DNA of 64,000 bases, from positions 352,001 through 416,000 of the forward strand of contig CAWDNU010000001.1 in assembly GCA_963803705.1 (NCBI GenBank), given 5' to 3'. Below the pieces are notes generated by a model. The model was not told the origin of the DNA. It was given only the letters and a program-made list of their open reading frames with translations, and did not search any database. A program made the position numbers and the translations under genes. Of the stretch, positions 1 through 9,845 are shown one piece after another (position 1 is the stretch's first letter; every line of letters starts with the position of its first letter). Source of the DNA: an uncultured Pseudobdellovibrionaceae bacterium. Its GTDB lineage: Bacteria; Bdellovibrionota; Bdellovibrionia; Bdellovibrionales; UBA1609.

Positions 1-1353
1 TGAAAACTTGGTATCTTTGAAAAAGGCTTGAAGTTCGGCGAGCGACAAGGCACTCATTTGGGTGATGTTCATTTTTTTTACGGTGATCTCTTTAATTTCT
101 GGTTTTAGACGATCTCCTTTGCAGGTCTCACAGACAACGGTGCTTTTGTAACGAGATAAAAAAACTCGTACATGCATTTTATATTTTTTTGTTTCTAAAT
201 GACTAAAGAGGCCTAAAACACCAAACCATTTTTTATGTCCCAGCCAAATCATATCACGCTGTTTGGCAGGCAGATTCTCCCATGATTTATGTAAATCTAT
301 ATTTTCGTCTTCGCAAAATTTAATAAGCTTTCTAAAGTCGGACCTCCCCGAGGGCATCGCAAACGGGGTTATAGCGCCTTCCATAAGTGTTTTATTTGGA
401 AACGGTATAACTTTTTTTTCATCTATTTCTAGCTTGTTGCCAAAACCACTACAATCCTCGCAAGCTCCAAGTGGACTATTGTAGCTAAAAAGTTGTGGTA
501 CAAAAGCCGGAAATTTGTAATCACAAATGGCGCAGGAGTTCTCTTCACTGAAACGATATAGTTTTTGATTGGTAGACCAAAAAAAGCAATCGCCAAAAGT
601 GTCGTTGTGATGAATTTTCAAGTAACTATTAAAAGCCAAGTATAAAGAATCATATATTCGACCCAATTCTTGCGGTTCGACAACACACCTATCAATGACT
701 ACGTAAAAATCATTTTTAGTGTACGCAAGCGCTTCATGACTTTGTAAATCGAAAACTTCAATTTCGTCTGTGTCGTAATAATCGCTGGTCTTTTTCCAAG
801 TTTCGGAACCAAAAGTGGCTCCCCTTAAAAAGCCCTCTTGCAATAAAATTTTTAAAAGTTCTTTATCTTTGTAGGAAACAAGTTTTGCGTAAACTGGTAG
901 AAGCACGTAGCCCTTCAGGCCATTTAAGTGGTCGATAATGTATTCTGCGGCACTGATAGGGGTGTAGCTTTGTAATTTCAAGTGATGGTTCGGGCAGCTT
1001 GCAGAGCCAATCTTAGAATACAGTATCCTAATATGATCTAAAATTTCAGTGCTAGTGCCAACAGATGATCTTGAGTTTTTGATACTGTTTTTTTGCTGCA
1101 AAGCTATAGCAGGAGGTATGTTTTCAACCTCTTCTATGTCTGGCTTAGGCGCCTTGTTAATAAATTGTTTCGAGTAGTTTGATAAAGATTCTATGTAGCG
1201 TCGTTGACCTTCAGCAAATAAAGTCTGAAAAGCCAATGAGCTTTTGCCTGATCCGCTTGGACCACATATCACTGTGAACGAGCCTAACGGAATAGAGACG
1301 TCGATATTTTTTAGATTATTTTGCTTAACACCTTTTAACTTAATATTTGTCAT
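1..1353 (-). CDS. uvrA: Excinuclease ABC subunit A (5' part; runs off the window start)
   Basis: Manual translation from ATG 1353: MTNIKLKGVKQNNLKNIDVSIPLGSFTVICGPSGSGKSSLAFQTLFAEGQRRYIESLS, with later zinc-finger CxxC motifs. ATGA overlap with the PBP1A stop. Absent from the ORF track because it has no stop in the window. Confidence 0.95.
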   Translation of the reverse strand, partial: MTNIKLKGVKQNNLKNIDVSIPLGSFTVICGPSGSGKSSLAFQTLFAEGQRRYIESLSNYSKQFINKAPKPDIEEVENIPPAIALQQKNSIKNSRSSVGTSTEILDHIRILYSKIGSASCPNHHLKLQSYTPISAAEYIIDHLNGLKGYVLLPVYAKLVSYKDKELLKILLQEGFLRGATFGSETWKKTSDYYDTDEIEVFDLQSHEALAYTKNDFYVVIDRCVVEPQELGRIYDSLYLAFNSYLKIHHNDTFGDCFFWSTNQKLYRFSEENSCAICDYKFPAFVPQLFSYNSPLGACEDCSGFGNKLEIDEKKVIPFPNKTLMEGAITPFAMPSGRSDFRKLIKFCEDENIDLHKSWENLPAKQRDMIWLGHKKWFGVLGLFSHLETKKYKMHVRVFLSRYKSTVVCETCKGDRLKPEIKEITVKKMNITQMSALSLAELQAFFKDTKFS

Positions 1354-3998
1354 CCAGAAAGGTCTTCCTTCAAAAACTCTTTTTCATCAATAGTCTCGCC
1401 AGCATCACTCATTTCACTAGGCTGATTTTGTTCTTCAAAAGCCTGCTCAAAGGTTCTTTTAGAGTATTGGGTTGCTATCTTTCCGTTATCGGCGTCGATC
1501 TTTGAAAAAACAATACCACTAGGTATCGGAAAGTTCACTACAGGTAAGTCCTTGTGAGCTGCTTTCATATACTCGGCCCAAACAGGCAGGGCCGATTTTC
1601 CACCAACTTCTCCGCGCCCTAATGTTCTTTCTTGCTCATAGCCAATCCACACGCCAGTGGCAATCAAAGGTGAGTATCCTATAAACCACGCATCGTAATA
1701 ATTGTCTGTAGTGCCCGTCTTGCCCGCGATTGGATGTGGAATAATCCCAGAAGCAGATCTAGCAGTCCCACCCTTATCGTTTATAACTCCCTTCAAAATG
1801 TTAGTCATAATATAGGCAGTTTGTGGCTTTATAAGTTGGTCTTGATCAGAAAAGACAAATTGCTCGTTCATATCTCCGAAAATTTGTTTCTCTAATACTC
1901 TTTCTCGCCACCCTTGTTCGTTATTCACGATCTCTTCTTCAAAACGTTTATCGAGAGTATAGTTTTCTAAAAGTGTTTCACCGGCTTCATTTTCTACTTT
2001 CTTAATTAATATGGGACGCATCCTTTTTCCAAGTCTTCCAAATTGCGAATAAACTTTTGTCATTTCGTAAAGAGTTACGCTGCTAGAGCCAAGCGATAAA
2101 GTAATATCTTGATTTAAAGGAGAAAATATTCCAAGTCTCCTGGCATAGTTCAAAACCCAGGAGACGCCAATGCTGTCAGTGATCCGGATCGTCGGAATGT
2201 TCAAAGACCTGATCAGGGCTTCTCTAAACAATATGTCACCGTTAAAGTTTTTAGAATGGTTAGCAGGCTTGTACTTATTGTATACAATTTCATCTTTAGT
2301 TGATTTATCCTTATCCTCTTCTTTAAAGACAATGGGTATATCTAAAATTTCTGAGTTAGGTTGAAATCCCTTATCAAGTGCTGAAGCATAAACTATAGGT
2401 TTAAAAGATGACCCGGTTTGTCTGGCGGCTTGTATAGCTTTGTTGAATTCTGATTTTCTAAAATCATAGCCACCAACCATTGCAATAATTTCTTGAGTTT
2501 TTTGGTCTATAGATAACAGCGAGCCATCAACTAGGGGCTCTTGTTCAAGTTGAAGTTCTATGTAGTTTGAAGCGGTAAAAAACTGAGCCTTTATTTTTTT
2601 GTCTAATCTCCTAAATTTTTCTGAGTTTACTTTTTTGCTTATTATCTTAACTAAAATAACGTCACCCTTCTTCAAAGCTATTGAGGGTCGTTCTATTTCA
2701 GCATATTTAGCGCCAGTGCTGGGGTCTGGGGCCCGAGCCCACTTCATGGTCTCGAAATCAATTAGTCCAACGCCATCAGGTATCAGCGCTTCAATGTAGC
2801 CACTTATGTCATCTACCTTCGAAACCACAGCTTTAATGTTTTCGCCAACATCTAGGTAACTTGGTAGCTCGTCGGTGGAAATATCTTGAACAACTAAGTT
2901 TTGTGACTCGTCATATTTGATATCGCCCTTTTGTATAATATTTCCTTTCACATCAATTACAATGAACGGAGCTTTTTTGTTTAAGAGATCATCTTTTTGC
3001 ACAGCTAAAAAGTTTAAAACATCTGTTTCAGTTTGTAGCTTGTCTAGTGCGCCCCTGTATCCCTGGCGTTTATCAAGGTTTTCGACACCCCTTCTAAGAG
3101 CTGCTTGTGCCACATTATGTTTTACTAAATCCAAAGATGTATAAATCTTTAATCCTTTATCTAGAACTTGGTCTTCGCCAAGCTCTTTAACTAATTGAAG
3201 TCGCACAGCTTCTAAGAAAAAAGGAGCATAGTCTTCATAATCTTCCTTAAAAAAAACTTTTAAATCTTTTTCGATATTTTCTTTGGCTTGCTCTTTAGTT
3301 ATAAAGCCTTCATCTTTCATACGATTTAAAACGTACTTTTGGCGAATTTTTGCTCGCTCAGGGTTAGTCACAGGTGAAAAAGCGGACGGTGCTTTGGGTA
3401 GACCTGCCAAAATCGCGGCTTCATGGATATCCAAATCCTTAGCTTCTTTTTTAAAATATACTTTGGCGGCCATTTCAATTCCATGGGCACCCTGACCAAA
3501 ATAGATTTGGTTTAAATATAAATACATTATATCTTCTTTACTCAAATCCCTTTCCATACGACGTGCTAAAATAGCTTCTTTAATTTTACGATCTAAACTT
3601 CTTTCAGATGTTAAAAGTATTTGCTTGGCTACTTGCTGGGTTATCGTAGACCCGCCCTGAACTGTTCTACCTGCTTTTAAGTTTGCAACCATAGCTCTGA
3701 AAATGGCTTGAAGATTTATACCACTATGATTGTAAAAATCAGAGTCTTCCGCAGCAATAAATGCCTGACTAACATATTTAGGAAGATTTTTTGTTTCAAT
3801 AAGCATTCTTTTTTCTCGAAGAAATTCGCCTATTTTTTCGCCGTTTCGATCGAAAACCTCGCTAACTTTTAAAGGTTTATAGGAATCAACTGTTATTATA
3901 GTTGGTAACTTTGATGAAAACCTTGCTATCACAATCCAAAATACCAGAAGGGCAGACACAAATAAAAACGAAATTCCACCAACAATATATTTCCACAT
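1350..3998 (-). CDS. mrcA: Class A penicillin-binding protein 1A (transglycosylase/transpeptidase)
   Basis: N-terminal TM; EDxxFYxHxG, GGSTITQQ and RKIKE transglycosylase motifs; SSFK, SLN and KTG transpeptidase motifs. Confidence 0.95.
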   Translation of the reverse strand: MWKYIVGGISFLFVSALLVFWIVIARFSSKLPTIITVDSYKPLKVSEVFDRNGEKIGEFLREKRMLIETKNLPKYVSQAFIAAEDSDFYNHSGINLQAIFRAMVANLKAGRTVQGGSTITQQVAKQILLTSERSLDRKIKEAILARRMERDLSKEDIMYLYLNQIYFGQGAHGIEMAAKVYFKKEAKDLDIHEAAILAGLPKAPSAFSPVTNPERAKIRQKYVLNRMKDEGFITKEQAKENIEKDLKVFFKEDYEDYAPFFLEAVRLQLVKELGEDQVLDKGLKIYTSLDLVKHNVAQAALRRGVENLDKRQGYRGALDKLQTETDVLNFLAVQKDDLLNKKAPFIVIDVKGNIIQKGDIKYDESQNLVVQDISTDELPSYLDVGENIKAVVSKVDDISGYIEALIPDGVGLIDFETMKWARAPDPSTGAKYAEIERPSIALKKGDVILVKIISKKVNSEKFRRLDKKIKAQFFTASNYIELQLEQEPLVDGSLLSIDQKTQEIIAMVGGYDFRKSEFNKAIQAARQTGSSFKPIVYASALDKGFQPNSEILDIPIVFKEEDKDKSTKDEIVYNKYKPANHSKNFNGDILFREALIRSLNIPTIRITDSIGVSWVLNYARRLGIFSPLNQDITLSLGSSSVTLYEMTKVYSQFGRLGKRMRPILIKKVENEAGETLLENYTLDKRFEEEIVNNEQGWRERVLEKQIFGDMNEQFVFSDQDQLIKPQTAYIMTNILKGVINDKGGTARSASGIIPHPIAGKTGTTDNYYDAWFIGYSPLIATGVWIGYEQERTLGRGEVGGKSALPVWAEYMKAAHKDLPVVNFPIPSGIVFSKIDADNGKIATQYSKRTFEQAFEEQNQPSEMSDAGETIDEKEFLKEDLSG

Positions 3999-4179
3999 AA
4001 ATAATACTCCAAAAGAATTTGAAACGCTAAATCTAAAAATGCTAAAAACAGTCCAAGCCCTAAGACTTACGGTTTCATCTTTAGGGTTAAATAATCTAAC
4101 ATTTTAAGCTGATTTGAAACAATAAGCTATACTAATGACGGGGTGCCTATGATTTATTGAATATTGGTTTAAACTCACC

Positions 4180-4311
4180 GGAACTAATAAAACTAAACGA
4201 AATACATCCTAAAAATTCTCAAACAACCAGTTGGCACTTGCTTGCAGGGCAAGCTTCGCGCCAAGCTGAACTCGATTTTTAGGATGTATTTCGTTTAGTT
4301 TTATTAGTTCC
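4180..4311. repeat. Long palindromic element with 37-bp perfect inverted arms and nested internal hairpins
   Basis: 4180-4216 GGAACTAATAAAACTAAACGAAATACATCCTAAAAAT is the exact reverse complement of 4275-4311; inner GCTTGC-AGG-GCAAGC at 4240-4254. Confidence 0.9.
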
Positions 4312-4357
4312 TTTGCCCTGGAGCTTTTTTCAATCGGGTTTTCACGTCCAATTATAA

Positions 4358-5824
4358 TTAATCTGTGCCGTAGTCTTCAAGCTCAATTTCATCTTCAGTT
4401 GTATTAACTGAGCTGCCACTTTCGCAAAAACCAGACCCACTTCGATCAGAAATTGTTTGAATTGCTCCTGAACATTCACACCCATTTTCTTTAGCCATTT
4501 CAGCTTCGTGAATCAATCCTGCAGACAACAACTGTGACTCTCTTAATTTGTTCAAGCTTCCTGACGCACGGCTTGATCTAACAGATCTTCGGGTATTTGT
4601 GATATCCCTGTTTTTAGCTTCGATCTGATCATCAATTTTTTTGATTTCAAAAATCTGATTTTTTAAAATTTGATTCTTAGCAGTAAGCTGAAAACTAAGT
4701 CTTTGTTTCTCACGGGTAAGCGTTCGACTTTGTTCAGCCATGTTAAGGTTTGCTTGCGCGTTACCAATTTGTCCCTCGGCTTTTGCAATTTGAATTTGAT
4801 TGATTAGCCCTTGTTTTGCCTTAAGAATGGCGTTTTGTTGATTTACTACCTGACCCTCATTGTTTTTAATTAAAGCTGTCATGGATCTGTATTTTACGGC
4901 GAAATCACCGCTGCCGTCTGTTCTTAAACATTTTCTTCTTTTTGTTCGACCATAAGATTGTGCCATTTCAGCTAAACTTCGCCCACCGTTTCTAATAAAG
5001 TCATTCAAAGACAAACCACAATCGCCCCGACCTTCCATACAAGCACTTACACGAGTGTAAAAACTTTGCGCGTGTTCTTGGGATTTCTGATTACAAGTCA
5101 GCCTTTCTGCAGTCATAAACTGAATCATTTGAGTTTTTTGTTCAGCTAGTTTTCCTATTAAACCGTTATTTTGTTCTTCTAAAGCCGCAATTTTTGTTTG
5201 AATCACTGCCAGCTTACTGCCCGTGTCGTTTTTGATAGCAGCTAAGTTATGCTTAAGTTCTTCGTTTTTCGAATCGATCTCTCTAATTTTATCTTCCATC
5301 TTTTCATTAAGTTTATCAATTTCTTCTTGAGAGTCCGTTTGTCGGTTCAAAATGTCTTTTTTATTTTTTTCTAAAGCTTCAAGCTCTTCTTTTTGATCTT
5401 CTAGCTTCTCTTTTTCAACTTCTCTTCCCATCGAAGAGGTTAAAGAACTAAAGCCTTCACAATTATCTGAATCAGAATTTTCGTTGCATTGAAAAACGGC
5501 TTGTAGACAATTTGATCCTAAATTTGTGCTGGAGCATGCGCTAACCATACTGCGAAGTTTTTCGCTAAAATCTTTTTCAAACCTTTCACAGCTACCGGCA
5601 ACATCGTTATTGCTAGTTTCAGTTTCGTCTCCATCGATATTGATCTCGACATCGCCTCTGCGGATACTGATGTTACCAGGTCTACCTTCTGCGACATTGG
5701 CATCTTCAGCGTGCACATCTGGCACTGAAATAAAAATAACACTTATATTAGACATTAAAACAAAGCCTAAAATTAATATTTTTTGGCCTAGTGTTAATTC
5801 TTTAGACAGCTTAACGTGTTTCAT
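4358..5824 (-). CDS. Secreted coiled-coil, Cys-containing hypothetical protein
   Basis: 488-aa ORF; signal peptide ending VHA; long heptad-rich segments; paired Cys; GGGGGA RBS. Confidence 0.8.
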   Translation of the reverse strand: MKHVKLSKELTLGQKILILGFVLMSNISVIFISVPDVHAEDANVAEGRPGNISIRRGDVEINIDGDETETSNNDVAGSCERFEKDFSEKLRSMVSACSSTNLGSNCLQAVFQCNENSDSDNCEGFSSLTSSMGREVEKEKLEDQKEELEALEKNKKDILNRQTDSQEEIDKLNEKMEDKIREIDSKNEELKHNLAAIKNDTGSKLAVIQTKIAALEEQNNGLIGKLAEQKTQMIQFMTAERLTCNQKSQEHAQSFYTRVSACMEGRGDCGLSLNDFIRNGGRSLAEMAQSYGRTKRRKCLRTDGSGDFAVKYRSMTALIKNNEGQVVNQQNAILKAKQGLINQIQIAKAEGQIGNAQANLNMAEQSRTLTREKQRLSFQLTAKNQILKNQIFEIKKIDDQIEAKNRDITNTRRSVRSSRASGSLNKLRESQLLSAGLIHEAEMAKENGCECSGAIQTISDRSGSGFCESGSSVNTTEDEIELEDYGTD

Positions 5825-5865
5825 TTGCAGTTCCCCCTAAAAATACTTGTTCTTAAGGTTTATAG

Positions 5866-5882
5866 AGCAATAGGAGTGCCAA
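5866..5882 (-). promoter_or_regulatory. Sigma54 -24/-12 promoter
   Basis: Minus strand TTGGCAC-TCCTA-TTGCT matches TGGCAC-N5-TTGC, about 40 nt upstream of the 5824 ATG. Confidence 0.75.
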
Positions 5883-6262
5883 TATTTGGCAACACTGTGT
5901 GTTTAATGTGTTCAGCGTCTCGGAATGAGACACTTGGTGCTTGTTTTTTGTAACAGAAGTTTTAAGGTTTTTCTTTAGATCTAACGATAACCTAACTTCT
6001 TCCCAGCCTGTGTTTTCAGTTTTGTGTTCTCCACAAAAAGCAGTAATGAGTTCCCAATTTTACTATCTTTTTGGATATAAAGTTTTAGTGAACTATCACA
6101 ATTGTGAACATCTTTTTTACGAGGATTAGAACTAGAATAATAGAAAAAAGAAATATCTAATTTCTTGGCTTTGATCACTTGAACAGTTTGACCTAAAGTC
6201 GCAGCACTAATTGCTAAAGTCGGGGACGTGCAATAGTTTGATTGAGGCACCTTACATATAAA

Positions 6263-6490
6263 CTAGGCTGTTTCTTTCTCTAGTCGTTCAGCTATCCAGA
6301 TTTTAAGCAAAGTTTGATAGCCAATATCACCTTTCTTGCGGGCTACCTTCCGAAGCTTTGTAACCATCTCCCTAGGCAAACGAATACTCGTAGAAACACC
6401 TGTAGACTTCTTTTCTGGGACAACTTCAACTGAGCGGTCATCGTCCCATTCTTTTGGCTCGTATTTATAAGATTTTGTTTTCTTCTTCAT
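6263..6490 (-). CDS. CopG/BrnA-like ribbon-helix-helix antitoxin
   Basis: TSIRLPREMVTKLRKVARKKGDIGYQTLLKIWIAERL motif; likely ATG 6490 overlaps the toxin stop (ATGA). Confidence 0.85.
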   Translation of the reverse strand: MKKKTKSYKYEPKEWDDDRSVEVVPEKKSTGVSTSIRLPREMVTKLRKVARKKGDIGYQTLLKIWIAERLEKETA

Positions 6491-6876
6491 ATATCCCATC
6501 CTGTTATTATTCTGGCCATAGAGGCACCTATATCTTCAAAAATAAGCCTTAGTCTGCGCCTTTGGTTGGTTCTTCCATCAATTCTGTAGCGCCGAGGACC
6601 ATGCTTCTTTTTATTTGGTGTAATTACGTACTAGGGCCTGTTGAAAAAGCATCATCTTCGTTGTTGCCTTCGCTTAAATCTCATTCGACGTAGATAAACT
6701 ACGACTCATTCGATTTTAAGCTTGGACGCCTAGAATCTAATACTTTTTCAACAGGCCCACTTGTTAAAAAACACCTCTTCGGATTCGTCAGCTTCGATTT
6801 GATGGATTGCCAAATGTTCTTCGTTATCTTCATCCCAAACAAAGAAATACCAGCGTTTACCTTGAAGCCCAGACAT
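6487..6876 (-). pseudogene. BrnT/DUF497-family toxin interrupted by a palindromic insertion
   Basis: 5' half MSGLQGKRWYFFVWDEDNEEHLAIHQIEADESEEVFFNK and 3' half YVITPNKKKHGPRRYRIDGRTNQRRRLRLIFEDIGASMARIITGWDI* join in frame (86 aa) when 129 bp are removed. Confidence 0.85.
6634..6758. mobile_element. 125-bp MITE-like non-autonomous element
   Basis: 16-bp perfect TIRs GGGCCTGTTGAAAAAG / CTTTTTCAACAGGCCC; flanks ACTA / ACTT (target duplication); central CGTAG-ATAAA-CTACG hairpin. Confidence 0.85.
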
Positions 6877-6881
6877 ATCTA

Positions 6882-6910
6882 AATGTACCTACTTTGTAGC
6901 TACACATCAA
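6882..6910 (-). promoter_or_regulatory. Sigma70-like promoter of the TA operon with palindromic operator
   Basis: Minus strand TTGATG-17 nt-TACATT, 5 nt before the toxin ATG; TGTAGCTACA palindrome (6895-6904) in the spacer. Confidence 0.6.
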
Positions 6911-7026
6911 GATGTACGTATAGCTCTTAGACATAAGCTATATCCCTAAAACCTTGATTTAAAACAAGTCCATTAAACAAAAAAAATCTAAACGGATTAA
7001 TTCACTTTATCTAGTGCTTTAAAACG

Positions 7027-7062
7027 AAAAAACCCCGCCATTTATTAATGGGTGGATTTTTT
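7027..7062. terminator. Probable intrinsic terminator downstream of the 7223..7684 gene
   Basis: Imperfect GC stem (CCCCGCCAT/ATGGGTGG) flanked by A- and T-tracts. Confidence 0.5.
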
Positions 7063-7222
7063 ATAAATACACATTAAATCAATGAAGTTTTTTATTTATG
7101 ACAAGTGTTTTGTCCTGCGCCCCTGTGGTGAGACAGTTTTTTGTCCAGATCGCTTAGCCTTACCCTCAGATATTTGGTAGAAACAAACATGGCATTGAGG
7201 ATAAAAGAATGTAAAGAATTAC

Positions 7223-7684
7223 CTATAAATTTACAATCTCACAATCAATTTTCGTAGATCTTCCGCTAATCGATATTTCTCCAGAACTTGCCTTACCATT
7301 AGAAAATGGAACCACTGAAGAAGCGTTATCGCTGCGAACTGGGCTAGATGCATCTTGATCAAATGTGGTTTGATTTAACAATAAAGCAGGAGAGCCTGAC
7401 CAATTATTACTATTTACAATTTGATAATCGTTAACATAGATATGAACTGTTTTTTTATCAAAACTTTGCTCAGCCGAAGTTAAATTTGGAACACTAACTC
7501 TTGCACTTTTACAAGAATCTGAATCGTTACAAACATAAAGAATTACTCTATTGATCGTTTCTTTTGGTAAATTTCCTTCAGTTACCCTTGATGTTTCAAT
7601 GCAACTATAAGTGTCTAATGCTGCGAATGAGTTACTACTGAAAAATATTACATATAGAATTATATTTAATTTTTTTAATTTCAT
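7223..7684 (-). CDS. Secreted hypothetical protein
   Basis: Signal peptide MKLKKLNIILYVIFFSSNSFA; GGAG RBS before ATG 7684. Confidence 0.7.
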   Translation of the reverse strand: MKLKKLNIILYVIFFSSNSFAALDTYSCIETSRVTEGNLPKETINRVILYVCNDSDSCKSARVSVPNLTSAEQSFDKKTVHIYVNDYQIVNSNNWSGSPALLLNQTTFDQDASSPVRSDNASSVVPFSNGKASSGEISISGRSTKIDCEIVNL

Positions 7685-8420
7685 AAAATCTCCTTGTTCA
7701 CATAAGTAAAGCAAATATCATGCTCACTTAAGCAATGCTAATAATGTAGTAAATCGTGTTTAAGCACATTAAAATTGTTTAAGTCGACATTCTCGTGGAC
7801 AATTAACGGCACCGTATACCCTCTCCGCTCTAAAAATTTTCAGGACTAATAATAAAAAAAGATTTAATTTAAACATCCGGTTATTAAAGGCTAGATAACT
7901 TATATGAAAAAGAATTTCACAGCTTTAGACAAATGACTTGGTAGGCTTGAATACCCGAGAATCCGAATGAAGCAAATGTATAACAAATTTAATTTTCAGA
8001 ATTGAATAACTGCTTTATTGAGAATTGTGCATAAAGACATCTTTTAGCTAATTACTTTTAAAAATAAAAAAACTGAAGGACTCCGACCAGAGTAGTAAAC
8101 CCGATATATTAAAGTGGGCACCATTATAATCACTTTAGGCTTCTTGACTGAACAAGCTTGCACACCATGACCAGTGACGGCTCCCTTATTATAATCTTGT
8201 AGGGTTTACTTAATCTGCGAGTCCTACAGAAGTTTTTATTATATCAAACTTGTAATGTTTGACCATAGCCCTTTGCAACTGATGTCTATTATTGAAACAT
8301 AAAAGGGTTAAAACTGGCCTCAGGTCGCTAACACGCTTCGTATAAGTATAAAATATTATTACCATTACCGATAAAACATCCCTATTTTTTTTCAAAAAAA
8401 CTTGATAAGGTTTCAAAGTT

Positions 8421-9800
8421 ATGTCTCAAAACCAAAATGAATTTAACTTCTCATTTGAAACTGGTGAAATTAAAAACGAAGACGTTAAGGTTTTAACTGT
8501 CTCTGACTTAAATGCAATGATTAAAGGTAATCTTGAATCACAATTTCCCGTCCTTTGGCTAAGAGGTGAGCTATCGAATTTTAAGGCGCATTCATCAGGG
8601 CACCTATACTTTTCACTAAAAGATAAAACCAGTCAGGTTTCTGCAGTTATGTTTCGTGGTTACACTCGACAATTGTCTTTTAAACCTAAAGACGGTCTAG
8701 AAGTTCTTGTTAGGGGAAGGGTTTCTGTTTATGAACCTAGGGGTAGCTACCAGGTCTACGCTGAAAGCATGGAGCCCATGGGAGCCGGCGCCTTGCAAAA
8801 GGCTTATGAAGACTTAAAAGCTAGGCTTAAGACAGAGGGCTTATTTGATCCTGAGCATAAAAAAACTCTACCTTTTTTACCGAAAAAAATAGCTTTAATA
8901 ACAAGTCCCACAGGAGCTGCAGTAAAAGATATGGTACAAGTTTTAGGTCGAAGATTTAAAGCTGCAGAAGTTTTAATATTTCCGGTCTTAACTCAAGGTC
9001 AGGGGTCAGCCGAAAGTCTAATAGCTGCAGTTCAAGCAATGGATCAAATGAATTTCGACGTGGCTATAATTGGCCGCGGTGGTGGTTCGATCGAAGACCT
9101 ATGGAGTTTTAACGATGAACCCTTAGCTAGGGCATTGCATGCTTGCAAAACGCCTATAGTTTCCGCTGTAGGCCACGAAATAGATTTTACGATAAGTGAT
9201 TTTGTTAGTGATATGAGAGCCCCTACGCCGTCTGCTGCTGCAGAGTTAGTCACTAAAAACGTGGATGTTGTCAGAGATAATATTTCGAAATATCAAAGTA
9301 AAATTAGACAACTTTTAGGCTTCAAATTAAAAAACTTATCGTCTCAGCTTCTGATGTTTAAACGAGCTTTAGTTGATCCTAAAAAGCGGTTGGCAGACCT
9401 AAGACTAAAATGTGATGACCTTACAGGTCGAATGCAAGTTCACCAAAACACACTTTTTGGATACAGACAAAAGGAGTTGAATTTGAGAAAAGACAAGTTG
9501 TTCAGAAATAAAGATTTTGTTTTGGTGAAAAAGCAAAAAAATGCCCACTTGATGGAAAAGTTGAAGCCAAGTTTTGTGAATTTATTTGAAAGAAAAAAAG
9601 ACAGATTTTTAAAATCGGTTGAGCTCTTGGACAGCCTAAGCCCGTTAAACGTAATGCACAGGGGTTTTGCCATTGTTCGCAAAGATTCTGATAAAGGTTT
9701 AATTCTGAGCAACGCTGAAAAGATTAAACCAGGCGATAAGATTTGGGTGAAGCTGGCAGCATCAAGCTTCAAAGCCCGGGTAGACGAAATCGAAAATTAG
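8421..9800 (+). CDS. xseA: Exodeoxyribonuclease VII large subunit
   Basis: GELSNF, SGHLYFSLKD, RGGGSIEDLWSFN, AVGHEIDFTISDFVSDMRAPTPSAAAE. Confidence 0.97.
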   Translation: MSQNQNEFNFSFETGEIKNEDVKVLTVSDLNAMIKGNLESQFPVLWLRGELSNFKAHSSGHLYFSLKDKTSQVSAVMFRGYTRQLSFKPKDGLEVLVRGRVSVYEPRGSYQVYAESMEPMGAGALQKAYEDLKARLKTEGLFDPEHKKTLPFLPKKIALITSPTGAAVKDMVQVLGRRFKAAEVLIFPVLTQGQGSAESLIAAVQAMDQMNFDVAIIGRGGGSIEDLWSFNDEPLARALHACKTPIVSAVGHEIDFTISDFVSDMRAPTPSAAAELVTKNVDVVRDNISKYQSKIRQLLGFKLKNLSSQLLMFKRALVDPKKRLADLRLKCDDLTGRMQVHQNTLFGYRQKELNLRKDKLFRNKDFVLVKKQKNAHLMEKLKPSFVNLFERKKDRFLKSVELLDSLSPLNVMHRGFAIVRKDSDKGLILSNAEKIKPGDKIWVKLAASSFKARVDEIEN

Positions 9801-9845
9801 GAATTAAAAAAAATTGAAAAATATAATGCTATTTTAGGAGCAACC

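Noticed and set aside
263..3495. Short plus-strand ORFs (and similar antisense ORFs throughout the track)
   Set aside because: Shadows of uvrA, PBP1A and other confident genes on the opposite strand
4231..4246. Sigma54-like TTGGCAC-TTGC-TTGCA
   Set aside because: Spacing is one base short and it lies inside the palindromic element
5981..6250. 89-aa ORF with faint GNAT-like C-terminal segment
   Set aside because: No RBS or convincing motif; at most a remnant
8210..8416. 68-aa ORF and a GCTTCGTATAA XerC-like half-site near 8335
   Set aside because: No recognisable protein, and no XerD arm at the right distance
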